The notes: generated from the letters alone by a model not told the origin. Counted from the first letter of the stretch, positions 10,142-20,565 are shown. The stretch is 64,000 bases of DNA from an uncultured Gammaproteobacteria bacterium (GCA_964472415.1 CAYYLC010000002.1:164783-228782); one strand, 5' to 3'. Numbers and translations: made by a program.

Positions 10142-11221
10142 TTATGACATTTGGGTTTGTTTGCCAAGAAGTGCAGTTTGTTCAACGAGCCTATTGGCAT
10201 ATCCGTATTCATTGTCATACCACGCAATGACTTTTACCATATTTCTGCCAACGACCTGCGTGAGAGACAAATCGACAATCGAAGAGTGTGGATTTCCAAC
10301 AATATCACTACTAACGATTGGGTCGGTAGTAGTTTCAAGAATGCCTTTATATTCATTCTCAGAAGCGTTTTTAAAGAGCTGGTTTATCTCTTCGGCAGTC
10401 GTTTCTTTTTTTAATAAAAGGGTAAAATCTGACAATGAGCCAACTGGCACCGGTACCCGAATAGCAAGTCCTGTAAATATTCCCTTAAGAGATGGAATTG
10501 CTTCTGCCGCTGCTTTTGTTGCACCTGTTGAAGTAGGAATGATGTTTGTTGCAGCAGTTCTAGCCCGACGATAGTCTTTGTGTCCTCCATCCTGAATTCT
10601 TTGGTCAGATGTATAGCCATGAATAGTTGTCATCATAACTTTTTCAATCCCGAAATTGTCCTCGAGGATTTTTGCTACAGGAGAAATGCAGTTTGTGGTA
10701 CACGAGGCATTATTTATAACTACGTCAGGAAAATCCTGGCCTGAGCTATTTGAATTTACTCCGAGGACATATGTAGGAACTGGTGTGTTTCCTTTGTAGG
10801 GGGCAGATAGGATTACTGATTTCGCGCCAGCAGTAATGTGAAGCATGAGGTCTTCATGTTTCGTGAATGCTCCAGTTGATTCAATTACGGTGTCAACTTG
10901 AAGATTTTTCCAAGGGAGGTTTTCTGGTTTTCTGTCAGCAAATATCGCAATTTCTTTATCATCGATAACCAACCAACCCAAAAATTCTGCAGAAGACTCT
11001 ATTTCGAGCGGTTTTTGTTCGGGAGTTTTTATAGAAAATGTGTGATTTTTTAGAACACCATAGTTGCTGTCATATTTGAGGAGATACATCCATCCTGCAA
11101 GGTCTGTACTTTTGCCAGCATTTATCGCAACAACTTCAATTTCTGAAGAATGGTTTTCAATAATAACGCGGTGCGCAACTCGCCCAATTCGTCCATATCC
11201 ATTTATCGCAACTCGTACCAT
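10142..11221 (-). CDS. gap: Type I glyceraldehyde-3-phosphate dehydrogenase
   Basis: INGYGRIGR, ESTGAF, NASCTTNC, NIIPTSTGA, WYDNEYGY. Confidence 0.97.
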   Translation of the reverse strand: MVRVAINGYGRIGRVAHRVIIENHSSEIEVVAINAGKSTDLAGWMYLLKYDSNYGVLKNHTFSIKTPEQKPLEIESSAEFLGWLVIDDKEIAIFADRKPENLPWKNLQVDTVIESTGAFTKHEDLMLHITAGAKSVILSAPYKGNTPVPTYVLGVNSNSSGQDFPDVVINNASCTTNCISPVAKILEDNFGIEKVMMTTIHGYTSDQRIQDGGHKDYRRARTAATNIIPTSTGATKAAAEAIPSLKGIFTGLAIRVPVPVGSLSDFTLLLKKETTAEEINQLFKNASENEYKGILETTTDPIVSSDIVGNPHSSIVDLSLTQVVGRNMVKVIAWYDNEYGYANRLVEQTALLGKQTQMS

Positions 11222-11323
11222 CTATTCTAGAATATCAAAACTGCTTATAATTGCAAGATGTAAATATTTTTTTCAGGGAGGATTTGCTTGTTTTTTTAGC
11301 GTAATTTTGGTATTATCACACAC

Positions 11324-11455
11324 ATGCCAGAAATACTTACAAAGCCAAATAAGAGAAAAGCCAGCAAGAAGCACGGCTTTTTATCTCGCAATAAAACTCA
11401 TAGCGGGAGAGCAGTTCTTAAACGACGTCAGTTAAAGGGGAGAAAGGACATCTAG
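11324..11455 (+). CDS. rpmH: 50S ribosomal protein L34 (43 aa, below the ORF-track cutoff)
   Basis: Manual translation [43 protein letters not shown] (HGF.SR..T..GR.VL.RR..KGR motif); directly upstream of rnpA; TATTAT 7 nt before the ATG. Confidence 0.93.
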   Translation: MPEILTKPNKRKASKKHGFLSRNKTHSGRAVLKRRQLKGRKDI

Positions 11456-11498
11456 AGCCCGAAAGTGTATAGGCGTAAATTGCGCGTGCACGATAGAA

Positions 11499-11813
11499 AT
11501 GTTTGAGAAAGAAAAGCGATTCTCTTTTAAGCAAGGGTTACCCAAAAAGGTGATTACGAGTCCTTACTTTACGCTTCGATTTGGGCTTGCAAAAGGCGAG
11601 ATGGGAACGAATGCAGTCGTTGTGAGTAAAAAAGTTTCAAAAAAAGCGGTTATTCGGAATAGAATAAAACGTAAAGTTGTCTCAAGTCTGAAGGAGACTC
11701 AGGATGAAAAGTTAGATAAATACGATTTGGTATTTTATATTAAGCCCCAGATAATTGAGGCTCACGAACAACAAGTCGATTTGGCAATACAAGAAAGTAT
11801 AAGAAAGATTTAA
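11499..11813 (+). CDS. rnpA: Ribonuclease P protein component
   Basis: VVSKKVSKKAVIRNRIKR (RNR motif); rpmH-rnpA-yidC synteny. Confidence 0.93.
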   Translation: MFEKEKRFSFKQGLPKKVITSPYFTLRFGLAKGEMGTNAVVVSKKVSKKAVIRNRIKRKVVSSLKETQDEKLDKYDLVFYIKPQIIEAHEQQVDLAIQESIRKI

Positions 11814-11814
11814 G

Positions 11815-12642
11815 ATGGATATTATATTTCAAATATTTGACCTCATTTTTAAGCAGCCTATCACCAATATTTTGCTCGGATTTTATCAACTTTTGTCATC
11901 TGTAGGATTACCATTTGCGCTTGGTTTTTCCATAATTCTCCTCACAATCTTTCTCAGAATTGTTCTATATCCATTCATGTCCACGCAAATTCGCTCAAGT
12001 AAGAAAATGCAGGAACTTGCCCCTGAAATGAAAAGCATTCGAGAGAAACACAAGGACCGCCAAAAGCAGCAAGAAATGATGATGAGGTTGTACAAGAAGC
12101 ACAATATCAATCCTGCAGCGGGTTGTCTGCCAGCAATTATTCAGCTCCCGATAATTTTTGCGTTATATCAAGTTATTACACAGATGGTGTCAATTGGTTC
12201 ATTTGAGATTTTTTCAGAAAAAGTGACCCCTCTTTTATATTTCGATTTCCTGAAGCCCGATCATCTATGGGATACAAAGTTTTTTGGAATTGAACTTGCG
12301 GTAAAGCCAATTGATCTATTAAACCAGGGTGCATTTTTAATAATTCTTATCCCACTTCTTACTGCAGCATCTCAAATGATACTTTCCAAGATGATGATGA
12401 ATAAAGTTGCGACTCCAAAAACTGATAAACCCGATGATTTTCAAACGACATTTATGAAGCAGTCACTCTTTATTTTTCCTATCATGATAGGATTTTTCTC
12501 CTTTACCCTTCCTACAGGGCTTTCTTTGTATTGGATTACGTTTACGTTATTTGGTATACTGCAGCAGTATTTATTAGTAGGATTTGGTGGACTTGTTCAA
12601 TGGATTCCGCAGCTTGCAAATTATGAAAGATATACAAAATAG
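11815..12642 (+). CDS. yidC: Membrane protein insertase YidC/Oxa1
   Basis: IILLTIFLRIVLYP, NPAAGCLPAIIQLPI, PTGLSLYW. Confidence 0.95.
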   Translation: MDIIFQIFDLIFKQPITNILLGFYQLLSSVGLPFALGFSIILLTIFLRIVLYPFMSTQIRSSKKMQELAPEMKSIREKHKDRQKQQEMMMRLYKKHNINPAAGCLPAIIQLPIIFALYQVITQMVSIGSFEIFSEKVTPLLYFDFLKPDHLWDTKFFGIELAVKPIDLLNQGAFLIILIPLLTAASQMILSKMMMNKVATPKTDKPDDFQTTFMKQSLFIFPIMIGFFSFTLPTGLSLYWITFTLFGILQQYLLVGFGGLVQWIPQLANYERYTK

Positions 12643-13078
12643 CATACAAGAAGAGGCAAAGGCATTACTTGAATTACTCTCAATTCAAGCGACTGTTGCA
12701 GTGGAACCTGCTGAGGAAGAGTCGTTTCAGATAGTTATCGATGCGGGAGAAGAGAATGCATTTCTTATTGGGAAGCATGGGAATACTCTGGCGGCATTTG
12801 AGCTGATGTTGAAAATGATCGTTGCGCAAAAGATGGGAGAATATCACCAAATAGCAGTTGAGATTGGGAATTATAGAATCGAACGCGAAGAATATCTTGA
12901 AGGGCTTATTGGACGACTGAAAGAAGAAGTTGATGCAACTGGTAATGAAAAGCAAGTACGAGGATTGAAGCCATGGGAGCGCCGATTTGTTCATATGCTC
13001 CTAAAAGATGATAGTTCAGTATACTCTGAGTCGGAAGGCGAAGGACGCGATAGGGTTCTTGTTATTAAACGAAAATAG
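12623..13078 (+). CDS. jag: Jag/KhpB (EloR) KH + R3H RNA-binding protein
   Basis: LIGKHGNTL (KH), ERRFVH (R3H), SESEGEGRDR; follows yidC; start taken at ATG 12623 (MKDIQ). Confidence 0.88.
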   Translation: MKDIQNSIQEEAKALLELLSIQATVAVEPAEEESFQIVIDAGEENAFLIGKHGNTLAAFELMLKMIVAQKMGEYHQIAVEIGNYRIEREEYLEGLIGRLKEEVDATGNEKQVRGLKPWERRFVHMLLKDDSSVYSESEGEGRDRVLVIKRK

Positions 13079-13093
13079 CTTGCCCGAGATTTC

Positions 13094-14362
13094 ATGGTGT
13101 ATTTACGACAGCTTGAGGGTATAGTTTTTTATCTTTCTCTTTTTTCCATTAGTTTACAGGTCGGTAAGCATTTTTGGCCCTCCTACGCCTTTGTAAGGGG
13201 TATCCGGCTTGATTATCTCTCCCCTACACTTTATCTAAGTGATATTTTTATTATTTCTTTACTTATTTTCGTTTTACTCCAGAGGCCTCAGAAATTATGG
13301 GACTCTTTTTCTCATACTCTCCTCTTCCCAGCCTTTTTTCTATCAGTATTTCTCTCTTCTATTTTTGCCTCAAACTTCGAAGCTGCAATCGTGTGGTGTT
13401 TGAGAATAGTGCTCGCTGTTTTTTTTGGGTGGTATGTGGGTAGATATGATTTTAAAAAGAACTTCGTGTTAGTGGTTGATACTTTAATGCTTGCGGGCAT
13501 TATGCAATCAAGTGTTGCATTTTTGCAATTTCTGTTTCAGAGGTCGCTAGGAGGATTTATGTATTTCTTTGGTGAACGATCATTTACTGGAGAAACAATC
13601 GGTGTTGCAACGTTTTTTTCAAATGGGAGAGAATTGTTGCGTCCATATGGGACATTCCCTCACCCTAATGTCCTTGCGTTTTTTCTTCTGATAGCACTTA
13701 TCTTAGGGATGCATTTTGTACTATATCAGAAGAGCTCTAGGCGAACATATGGGTATATTTTTTCTCTCATTATAATAATGCTCGGATTGCTCGTTACTGG
13801 CTCAAGGAGTGTTATTCTCGTAGCGATCTTTTTGTCAGGGGCGCTTTTTTTCAGAAAGAAAAAGCAATTAATATATGTGATTTTGACAATATTGATATTC
13901 GCCCCTCTCTATCTAGTCTCATTTTCTGGACGATTTTTTTCTATTCATTCACTGACAGAAGCAGTAGACGTGCGTGTGGATTTAATAATAAATACGTCGG
14001 AATTAATTTCTCAGAATATATTATTTGGAGCTGGCCCGAATAATACATTCTTTCTCTCCCAAGGAGATACTGTGCCAATCTCTGTACGTTTTCAGCCAGT
14101 TCATAATATGTATCTTCATGCAATAGCGCAATTAGGACTGTTGGGCCTAGTCGTAATGGCATTATTTTTGAAAAATATCTTCGTGAAGCTTCGATATGGT
14201 TTTTATCAGCGAGAGCAGTGGATATTCCCAATAACACTTCTTCTTTGCGGCTTATTTTTTGTGGGATTTTTTGATCACTTTTTTATAACTCTTCCCCAAG
14301 GACTTTTAATGAGTGCGCTATTGGTAGGACTTTTATATAACACCTCTATGGTGTCGGAGTAG
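13094..14362 (+). CDS. O-antigen ligase / Wzy_C family polytopic membrane protein
   Basis: Multiple TM segments; RPYGTFPHPN, TGSRS, PVHNMYL, FFDHFF. Confidence 0.85.
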   Translation: MVYLRQLEGIVFYLSLFSISLQVGKHFWPSYAFVRGIRLDYLSPTLYLSDIFIISLLIFVLLQRPQKLWDSFSHTLLFPAFFLSVFLSSIFASNFEAAIVWCLRIVLAVFFGWYVGRYDFKKNFVLVVDTLMLAGIMQSSVAFLQFLFQRSLGGFMYFFGERSFTGETIGVATFFSNGRELLRPYGTFPHPNVLAFFLLIALILGMHFVLYQKSSRRTYGYIFSLIIIMLGLLVTGSRSVILVAIFLSGALFFRKKKQLIYVILTILIFAPLYLVSFSGRFFSIHSLTEAVDVRVDLIINTSELISQNILFGAGPNNTFFLSQGDTVPISVRFQPVHNMYLHAIAQLGLLGLVVMALFLKNIFVKLRYGFYQREQWIFPITLLLCGLFFVGFFDHFFITLPQGLLMSALLVGLLYNTSMVSE

Positions 14363-16547
14363 GGCTTGGTGTGGTAGGCGGTGCGCAGGTTGTGCAATAT
14401 GTATCGCCAGTAGGATCAGTAATAATTTTTCCATCACGTTCTTCTACATTTTCTGTTTGGCCTTCCTGTGCGAGCGCGTTAGTAGTAGTATCGACGAATA
14501 TTTTAGTAAGTCCTGGATCTATATCATTGGGAACAGTTCCTTCGAGAAAATATTCTTGTTTGGTAGGGCAGCGATACGCAGATCCCTCAGGTTGGGGGCG
14601 AAGTCCGGAATCTGAGCAAATGATAGCAGTAATAACGCTTTCTGGTTGCTTGAGATCTTCAGGATCTGTGCCATTAAGAAGCGTGGTCATAATATCATTC
14701 CAGATAGGAGCAGCACCTGTTATGCCTGAGCTTACTCCACGAAGTGGCGTGTTGTCGTTATTCCCTACCCACACAGTTGCTACAAATGATGGTGTATAGC
14801 CAACAGTCCAGTTGTCTCTGTAGTCATTCGTTGTCCCTGTTTTGACAGATACGGGATAGTCGGGGATTCTGAGTGGAGAGTTTGCTCCAAAAGCAGGAGT
14901 TCGTGCTGCATTATCTTGGAGAATGTGTGAAATAATAAATGCGACTCCTTCAGGGATTACTTTATTGCCGGCCATAGGGCTTTTTGGAGCATTATATTCT
15001 TCAACTATTTTTCCTTTTGCATCTTCAATTTTCAGGATTGGTTGTAATGGGATTCGATACCCATAGTTTGCAAATACGCCAAATGCCTCAGTCATTTGAA
15101 GCATCGTCACCTCTCCTCCACCGAGGGTTAAAGAAAGGCCATAGCGCTCAGGATTGTCGGTAAATGAGCTAATACCCATGTCTTTGGCAACCTGTATCAT
15201 GTCAGAAACCGTGTTTAGCTGTAGCATTTTGACAGCAGGAATATTATAGGAGTTTGCTAGAGATTCTCGCATCTGCACTACTCCATGAAATGTTCCATCG
15301 TAGTTTCTCGGACAATATTGTCCGGAAGCACTGGGGAAGCAAATTCTGTCATCTACAAATGGTGTTGCGGTAGTGTATTTATTGATAAGCCCGGTTGCAT
15401 AGTTAATGGGCTTAATTGAAGATCCAGGTTGACGTTTTGCAATCGCAACATTTACATTTCCATCACGTTCTCTATCAAAATAATCTCTACTCCCTGCCAT
15501 AGCAAGGATTTCTCCTGTTCCGGGATTACTGACAACTGCTGCAGCGTTATACCAGTTTCTTTCAGAAAGCGCCGCGCCTTCTGTTGCAATTGCATCATCA
15601 ACAATTTTTTGTACATTTAAGTCAAGACTGGTGGTGATACTAAGTCCTCCTTGCTCTATCATTTTTTCACCATATTTTTGGGTAAGTAAGTCTTTTATGT
15701 AAAAAACAAAATGCGGAGCGAGGATTTCATCTCGAATTTCTGAGAATTCGAGTCCCTCTTGTAGCGCTTCTCGTTTTTGGTCTTCAGTAATGTACTCTTC
15801 TTCTTGCATAGCTCTGAGTACTGCTTCTTGGCGTTTTTTCCCCTCTTCAGGATGAGAGCCGAATGGTGAGTATCTGCTTGGTGCTTGTGGAAGCCCTGCA
15901 ATAAATGCTGCTTCTGCAAGGGTGAGCTCAGATGGCTTTTTGTCAAAATACACATGACTTGCTGCATCAACGCCGTATGCAGTCCCTCCAAATGCAACCT
16001 GATTTAAGTACATCTCAAGAATTTTGTCTTTCGAATAGATCGCTTCTACAATAAAAGAAAGAATTATTTCTTTTACTTTTCGCTCAATAGTCTGCTCAGG
16101 TGTTAAAAGCGAGCTTTTAACGAGCTGCTGGGTTATGGTGGAGCCTCCTTCTACTCGTTCTCCACGAAAATTTACCCATGCAGCTCGTGCAATCCCTTGG
16201 ATATCAATTGCTCCATGTCGATAAAAATTTCTGTCTTCAATTGCAATGGTTGCCTGTTGAAGTGTTTTCGGGATTTCATTTAGGGGGATAAGTGTTTGGT
16301 TGCGTCCCGTGTACATAGTGTAAAGGAGGGCTCCATTTCTATCAAAAATTTTACTTGACTGTGGTTTGCTATTTGAGCCAAGCTGGGTTGCGCTGGGAAT
16401 ATCCTTGAGAACAAAAAATACGATAAATATAAATAATGCAAGAGCTCCTATGATAAAAATAACAAAAACAGGGAGAATTATGAATCGGAATTTTCTACTT
16501 GAAAAAAATTTCGGGAACTTTTTTCGTTTCTTGTTCTGTTGTGTCAT
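14346..16547 (-). CDS. Class A penicillin-binding protein
   Basis: IEDRNFYRHGAID, GGSTITQQL, SSIK, SYN, KTG. Confidence 0.95.
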   Translation of the reverse strand: MTQQNKKRKKFPKFFSSRKFRFIILPVFVIFIIGALALFIFIVFFVLKDIPSATQLGSNSKPQSSKIFDRNGALLYTMYTGRNQTLIPLNEIPKTLQQATIAIEDRNFYRHGAIDIQGIARAAWVNFRGERVEGGSTITQQLVKSSLLTPEQTIERKVKEIILSFIVEAIYSKDKILEMYLNQVAFGGTAYGVDAASHVYFDKKPSELTLAEAAFIAGLPQAPSRYSPFGSHPEEGKKRQEAVLRAMQEEEYITEDQKREALQEGLEFSEIRDEILAPHFVFYIKDLLTQKYGEKMIEQGGLSITTSLDLNVQKIVDDAIATEGAALSERNWYNAAAVVSNPGTGEILAMAGSRDYFDRERDGNVNVAIAKRQPGSSIKPINYATGLINKYTTATPFVDDRICFPSASGQYCPRNYDGTFHGVVQMRESLANSYNIPAVKMLQLNTVSDMIQVAKDMGISSFTDNPERYGLSLTLGGGEVTMLQMTEAFGVFANYGYRIPLQPILKIEDAKGKIVEEYNAPKSPMAGNKVIPEGVAFIISHILQDNAARTPAFGANSPLRIPDYPVSVKTGTTNDYRDNWTVGYTPSFVATVWVGNNDNTPLRGVSSGITGAAPIWNDIMTTLLNGTDPEDLKQPESVITAIICSDSGLRPQPEGSAYRCPTKQEYFLEGTVPNDIDPGLTKIFVDTTTNALAQEGQTENVEERDGKIITDPTGDTYCTTCAPPTTPSPTPTP

Positions 16548-16587
16548 AAGAACTTATTTGTAGTGAGAAACTATTATAGCAAATTAT

Positions 16588-17337
16588 TTATATTTGAAAG
16601 AATGTGCCTATGATGTAGGCAAGACATGCGGAAAGCCCTCCAATAAAAACAATTTCCATAATGGAGCGGATGAGTGATTGTGTGGTGACCTTCCAGCGCA
16701 CTACTCCCAGCAGGACGAGTGCACACAGGGTAAATAGGATAGAGATAGCAAATATATTTTCTGTAAGACCTAAGAATATATAAGGAAGAAGCGGCACTGC
16801 GCCAAATACAAGAAATGAGAGGAATGTAGAAAGACCGGCGAGTATTGGATTTTCGTGTTCTGGGTTGCTCATTTCGAGTTCATTTTGCATCATAAAATCA
16901 GCCCAATATTCTGAATTTTTTGCATAGAGCGCCGCCATGGTTTGAGCATCTTTTTTGCTATATCCTTTTTGCTGTAATATATAAAGAGTTTCACGCATTT
17001 CCTGCTTAGGGTTATTCTTTATCTCTTGAAGTTCTTTCTGGCGATGATTTCGATAAACATCTTTATCTGCAAGAATGGAAAGAATATTTCCAAGTCCCAT
17101 CGAGCTTGCGTCTGCAATGAGGTTTGCAAGGCCAAATAGTAGCACAATCATTATTGAAAATTCGGCGACACTTGCACTCTGTGCTCCTGAAAATCCCGCG
17201 ACAACGGCAAAAGTTGTTACAATTCCATCACTTCCTCCATATACAATTTCTCGGAGATATTCAGAAAATGCTGATTGTTTGTGTTCTTTTGCTACATGCT
17301 CTTCAAACTCTTCCTTTGTGTATTCCATATTAGTCAT
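16588..17337 (-). CDS. VIT1/CCC1 family Fe/Mn transporter
   Basis: REIVYGGSDGIVTTFAVVAG, ANLIADASSM, GAVPLLPY. Confidence 0.92.
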   Translation of the reverse strand: MTNMEYTKEEFEEHVAKEHKQSAFSEYLREIVYGGSDGIVTTFAVVAGFSGAQSASVAEFSIMIVLLFGLANLIADASSMGLGNILSILADKDVYRNHRQKELQEIKNNPKQEMRETLYILQQKGYSKKDAQTMAALYAKNSEYWADFMMQNELEMSNPEHENPILAGLSTFLSFLVFGAVPLLPYIFLGLTENIFAISILFTLCALVLLGVVRWKVTTQSLIRSIMEIVFIGGLSACLAYIIGTFFQI

Positions 17338-17341
17338 TCTA

Positions 17342-19999
17342 TCACCCTTTTATAAATGCTGTGGTAAGTATTGTATCAGTCTTCAAATCATCCTCAAGAG
17401 TTACTATTCCATCTCCGAATGATCGAATACTCTCTCCTTTCGGGAGGTATGCAGGGGGGAATAGAAGATCGATATTTGTTGGAGTAGTTTGTGTTCCCGG
17501 CTGTTTTATAAGGGTAAGTGAATAGGTATTTTTTTTATCATCCAAAAACAATGTGGGATTGGTATAGGTAAAGCTAATGGTTACTATCTCTCCTTTGGGG
17601 ATAGTAACTACTGTTCCAAAAATTGTTTTTTGATAATCATCAGTTGTTTCTATCTCGAGGCTATTGGGATCCGGAGAAAAGTTTGCTAACTCATAGATTT
17701 TAGGATCTTGGATAGCAGAGATAGTCTTCTGCTCTTTTCCATTTAGGGCTACTTCTTGAAAGATGCTATTTTGTGGCACTATCAATCTGAGATATGTTTT
17801 GTAGTCATCTGTTTTGCTTGTATTTCTGAGTGTGAGATTGGCAGTAGAAAGCCGAGTGGTAAGATCTGCTTTGTAGGTAATACTCCGTGATACATCTTTA
17901 TTAGCCTTGTTGGTGCCAATATTTGCTTCATTAAAGCCAAGCGTATCATAGATTTTCTCATCATTCTGCTCTTTTCTATCCGGAATAGTTCCTGTGTAGT
18001 GTAGTGCAGAAAGTAATTTTTGTATTTCCTCTGCTTGGTAAGAAAGCAAAATATGTTTTTCGTCAAGCAGTTCAGGAAGTAGGAATGCGGTAGAAATGAA
18101 ATATTCAGGATTTTTTTCCATTTCCAGTGTAATACTTGTCATAAGTTCGTTTAAAACATCTCTTTTTTGAGTAGATCCAGGAAAGAAATCTTCCTCAATA
18201 GTTTTTTGAAGAAACTCCATGCTGTTGTCACTGGTTATTGTAAAGTCGTAATTTCTGAGCTTTATCGGTCCGGTTATCCCGAGAATTCTTTGGATAATGG
18301 TAAAATCCACTGCTATTACTCCATCTGGCGTATTCCCTGATTCGAGATTATAGATTCGGGCAGACATACTTGCAGAGCGCTCAAAATCAAGATCAAAATT
18401 ACTGTCACGAAGATAGAGGTGTGGTTGTAAATTCCGTCTTACAATATAATGCGGTTCAATATGTCGAGTAAGTTGTCCATCAAGCTCATATACATCTTGA
18501 ATTTTAAAATCTTTTACTCTCCCCTCCTCTACAATTAGTCTTCCAATAGAACCAATAAATCCGCCTGTTGGGCGGAGTTCGGCGTTATTCATAAATAGGA
18601 GTAAGTATTCCTTTTCACCGTTATATCCGAGGATTGTTGGTGCAACAGGCAAAAGACTTAAGATCTTTGTTGTTTGGGGAGTTAGGATATTTGAAATTGT
18701 TTGATTTTCTTGGCCGAGTAATATTCTTGATCCTACATGATACAGGTGCTGAGAATCCAGAAGAATATTTTCAAACGCTTCCTTCTCTATGCCTGCGCTG
18801 ACAGTATCTAGTTTTTCGATAAGGCTTGAAGAGGAGGTGGTCAGTTCTACAGTAGTTGTTACGAGATGGAGTGTTTCAGCGGTATTTTTGAGAGATGGAA
18901 AATAGGATAGTGCACTTTCTGTAACGAGTAGTGTGGGGAGTGGGACTGATAGGACACGTTTTGCAAGTACGCCATGATTTTTAGCTTTTACAAAATCATT
19001 ATTTTCAAATGCATGAATTGAGGATCGGAGAAAGAGGAATCCTGCAATGCCAAAAATAATATTTATCATTATAAAGAGTATGAGGCCTGAAAAAAGCGCG
19101 AGAGATATTGAGGGAGTAAATTTTAAAAATGAGAAGGAGGGAGGAGTGCGTTTTTTTCGCTTGGTTTTTTTATAAGAAGGAGCCTTTATGGTTGATACTC
19201 CGAGATGCTCTACTGCGTAGAGGAATCCTTTGAGATGATAATCGAGATGATAGATTTTTACCTGTAGTTTATTTTTTAAATTCTGCGTCATGGTGGACCG
19301 CTCTACAAATCGTTGAATAGGATGTTCATGGTTTATTTCCAGATCTATGTCTGGCTCTATGCGGTGTAATAAATGAATTGCAGAAAGGAGTGTTTCGGGA
19401 GCTTTATAAAAAAGATAGTAAAGCCCTTTGGGTTTTCGAGAAAACAGGAGTTGTTTAATTCCTGTTAAAAAATCTCGTTTTGAGATCGGAAAAATAGGAG
19501 AGAGGTCTTTTCCAGAAAGGCGAATTGTCCCCTTCCGCAATGCGATTCGGATAATTTTCAACAATTCGTTGTCTGAAGTATTCTCTTCAAGGATTGTGCC
19601 ATATAATGCGGGAATAATATTAGCCTCAGAGTTTATATGAAGGAGCACATCAGAGAACGATTCATAATTGTTTGCAGGAATAAGAATGAGGGATTTAGCA
19701 CGGTCCTGCTTTAATTTTTTGAACGTAGTTTCAAGATATTCCTTTTCTTGAATTGTCGACAAATGAATTACCGCATAGGATATTTTCTCAGAAAGATGCG
19801 GGAGAAGATGGAGATCAGAAGGTTTTATATGATAGATGTTGGAACTATCTTTTTTTGGAATAGGGTTTCCGACAAAAAGAATTGAAAGCTTCGAGGAGAG
19901 TTCGTCAAAGAGTGCTTCTTGGAGGAGTGTATTATTTGAAACAATAAGAAGAAGCGGTTTTTTGGAATCATAAACCTCTTCATGGAGCAGTTTTCGCAT
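17342..19999 (-). CDS. DUF4012 domain membrane protein
   Basis: YLLLFMNNAELRPTGGFIGS, LRDSNFDLDF, DGVIAVD, EANIGTNKAN, KQPGT; central TM segment. Confidence 0.85.
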   Translation of the reverse strand: MRKLLHEEVYDSKKPLLLIVSNNTLLQEALFDELSSKLSILFVGNPIPKKDSSNIYHIKPSDLHLLPHLSEKISYAVIHLSTIQEKEYLETTFKKLKQDRAKSLILIPANNYESFSDVLLHINSEANIIPALYGTILEENTSDNELLKIIRIALRKGTIRLSGKDLSPIFPISKRDFLTGIKQLLFSRKPKGLYYLFYKAPETLLSAIHLLHRIEPDIDLEINHEHPIQRFVERSTMTQNLKNKLQVKIYHLDYHLKGFLYAVEHLGVSTIKAPSYKKTKRKKRTPPSFSFLKFTPSISLALFSGLILFIMINIIFGIAGFLFLRSSIHAFENNDFVKAKNHGVLAKRVLSVPLPTLLVTESALSYFPSLKNTAETLHLVTTTVELTTSSSSLIEKLDTVSAGIEKEAFENILLDSQHLYHVGSRILLGQENQTISNILTPQTTKILSLLPVAPTILGYNGEKEYLLLFMNNAELRPTGGFIGSIGRLIVEEGRVKDFKIQDVYELDGQLTRHIEPHYIVRRNLQPHLYLRDSNFDLDFERSASMSARIYNLESGNTPDGVIAVDFTIIQRILGITGPIKLRNYDFTITSDNSMEFLQKTIEEDFFPGSTQKRDVLNELMTSITLEMEKNPEYFISTAFLLPELLDEKHILLSYQAEEIQKLLSALHYTGTIPDRKEQNDEKIYDTLGFNEANIGTNKANKDVSRSITYKADLTTRLSTANLTLRNTSKTDDYKTYLRLIVPQNSIFQEVALNGKEQKTISAIQDPKIYELANFSPDPNSLEIETTDDYQKTIFGTVVTIPKGEIVTISFTYTNPTLFLDDKKNTYSLTLIKQPGTQTTPTNIDLLFPPAYLPKGESIRSFGDGIVTLEDDLKTDTILTTAFIKG

Positions 20000-20061
20000 G
20001 TAATCATTGTATGAAAAAACAGAAAAATTGTCGAGGAGAAATGAGCCTATGCGGGAATAAT

Positions 20062-20466
20062 CTAGAGTTTTTCGTCGAGTGCTTTATTGACCATCCTGTC
20101 AGCTTCTTTGTTATGCGCTCGAAGTACGTGCGTGTAAGTGACATCACTAAAAAAGCTTTCTAGAGCCTTTGCTTTTTTGACTAATTGTTTAATAGATTCA
20201 TTTTTTACTTTGTATTTTCCGGTAAGCTGTGAAGCAACAAGCAGAGAGTCGCAAAATAAGTTGAGAGATACATCTTCCCCTTTGTGTTTTTTCACCCATT
20301 CAAATGCAGCAATTACTGCCATGTATTCGGCATAGTTATTTGTTTGAATTCCAAGATATTCCCCCTTTTTAAAAATAATTTTTTCATTTTCATAAACAAC
20401 AAATCCGTATGCTGCTGGGCCAGGATTTCCGCGAGATCCACCGTCTGTATAAATTGTAAGTTTCAT
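20062..20466 (-). CDS. rnhA: Ribonuclease HI
   Basis: YTDGGSRGNPGPA, TNNYAEY, DSLLV, NKEADRMVN. Confidence 0.93.
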   Translation of the reverse strand: MKLTIYTDGGSRGNPGPAAYGFVVYENEKIIFKKGEYLGIQTNNYAEYMAVIAAFEWVKKHKGEDVSLNLFCDSLLVASQLTGKYKVKNESIKQLVKKAKALESFFSDVTYTHVLRAHNKEADRMVNKALDEKL

Positions 20467-20565
20467 TTTTGCTTGATTTTAAAGCTTCTTTCAAATAATT
20501 TTCAATCCTAAAAACTCTAAATGTGTAGTATTACTTTACAATTGATATGGGTGAGATGCAACTTT

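Noticed and set aside
20467-20565. TGT...ACA-like sequence near crp as a Crp/Fnr site
   Set aside because: The spacing and half-sites do not fit TGTGA-N6-TCACA or TTGAT-N4-ATCAA.
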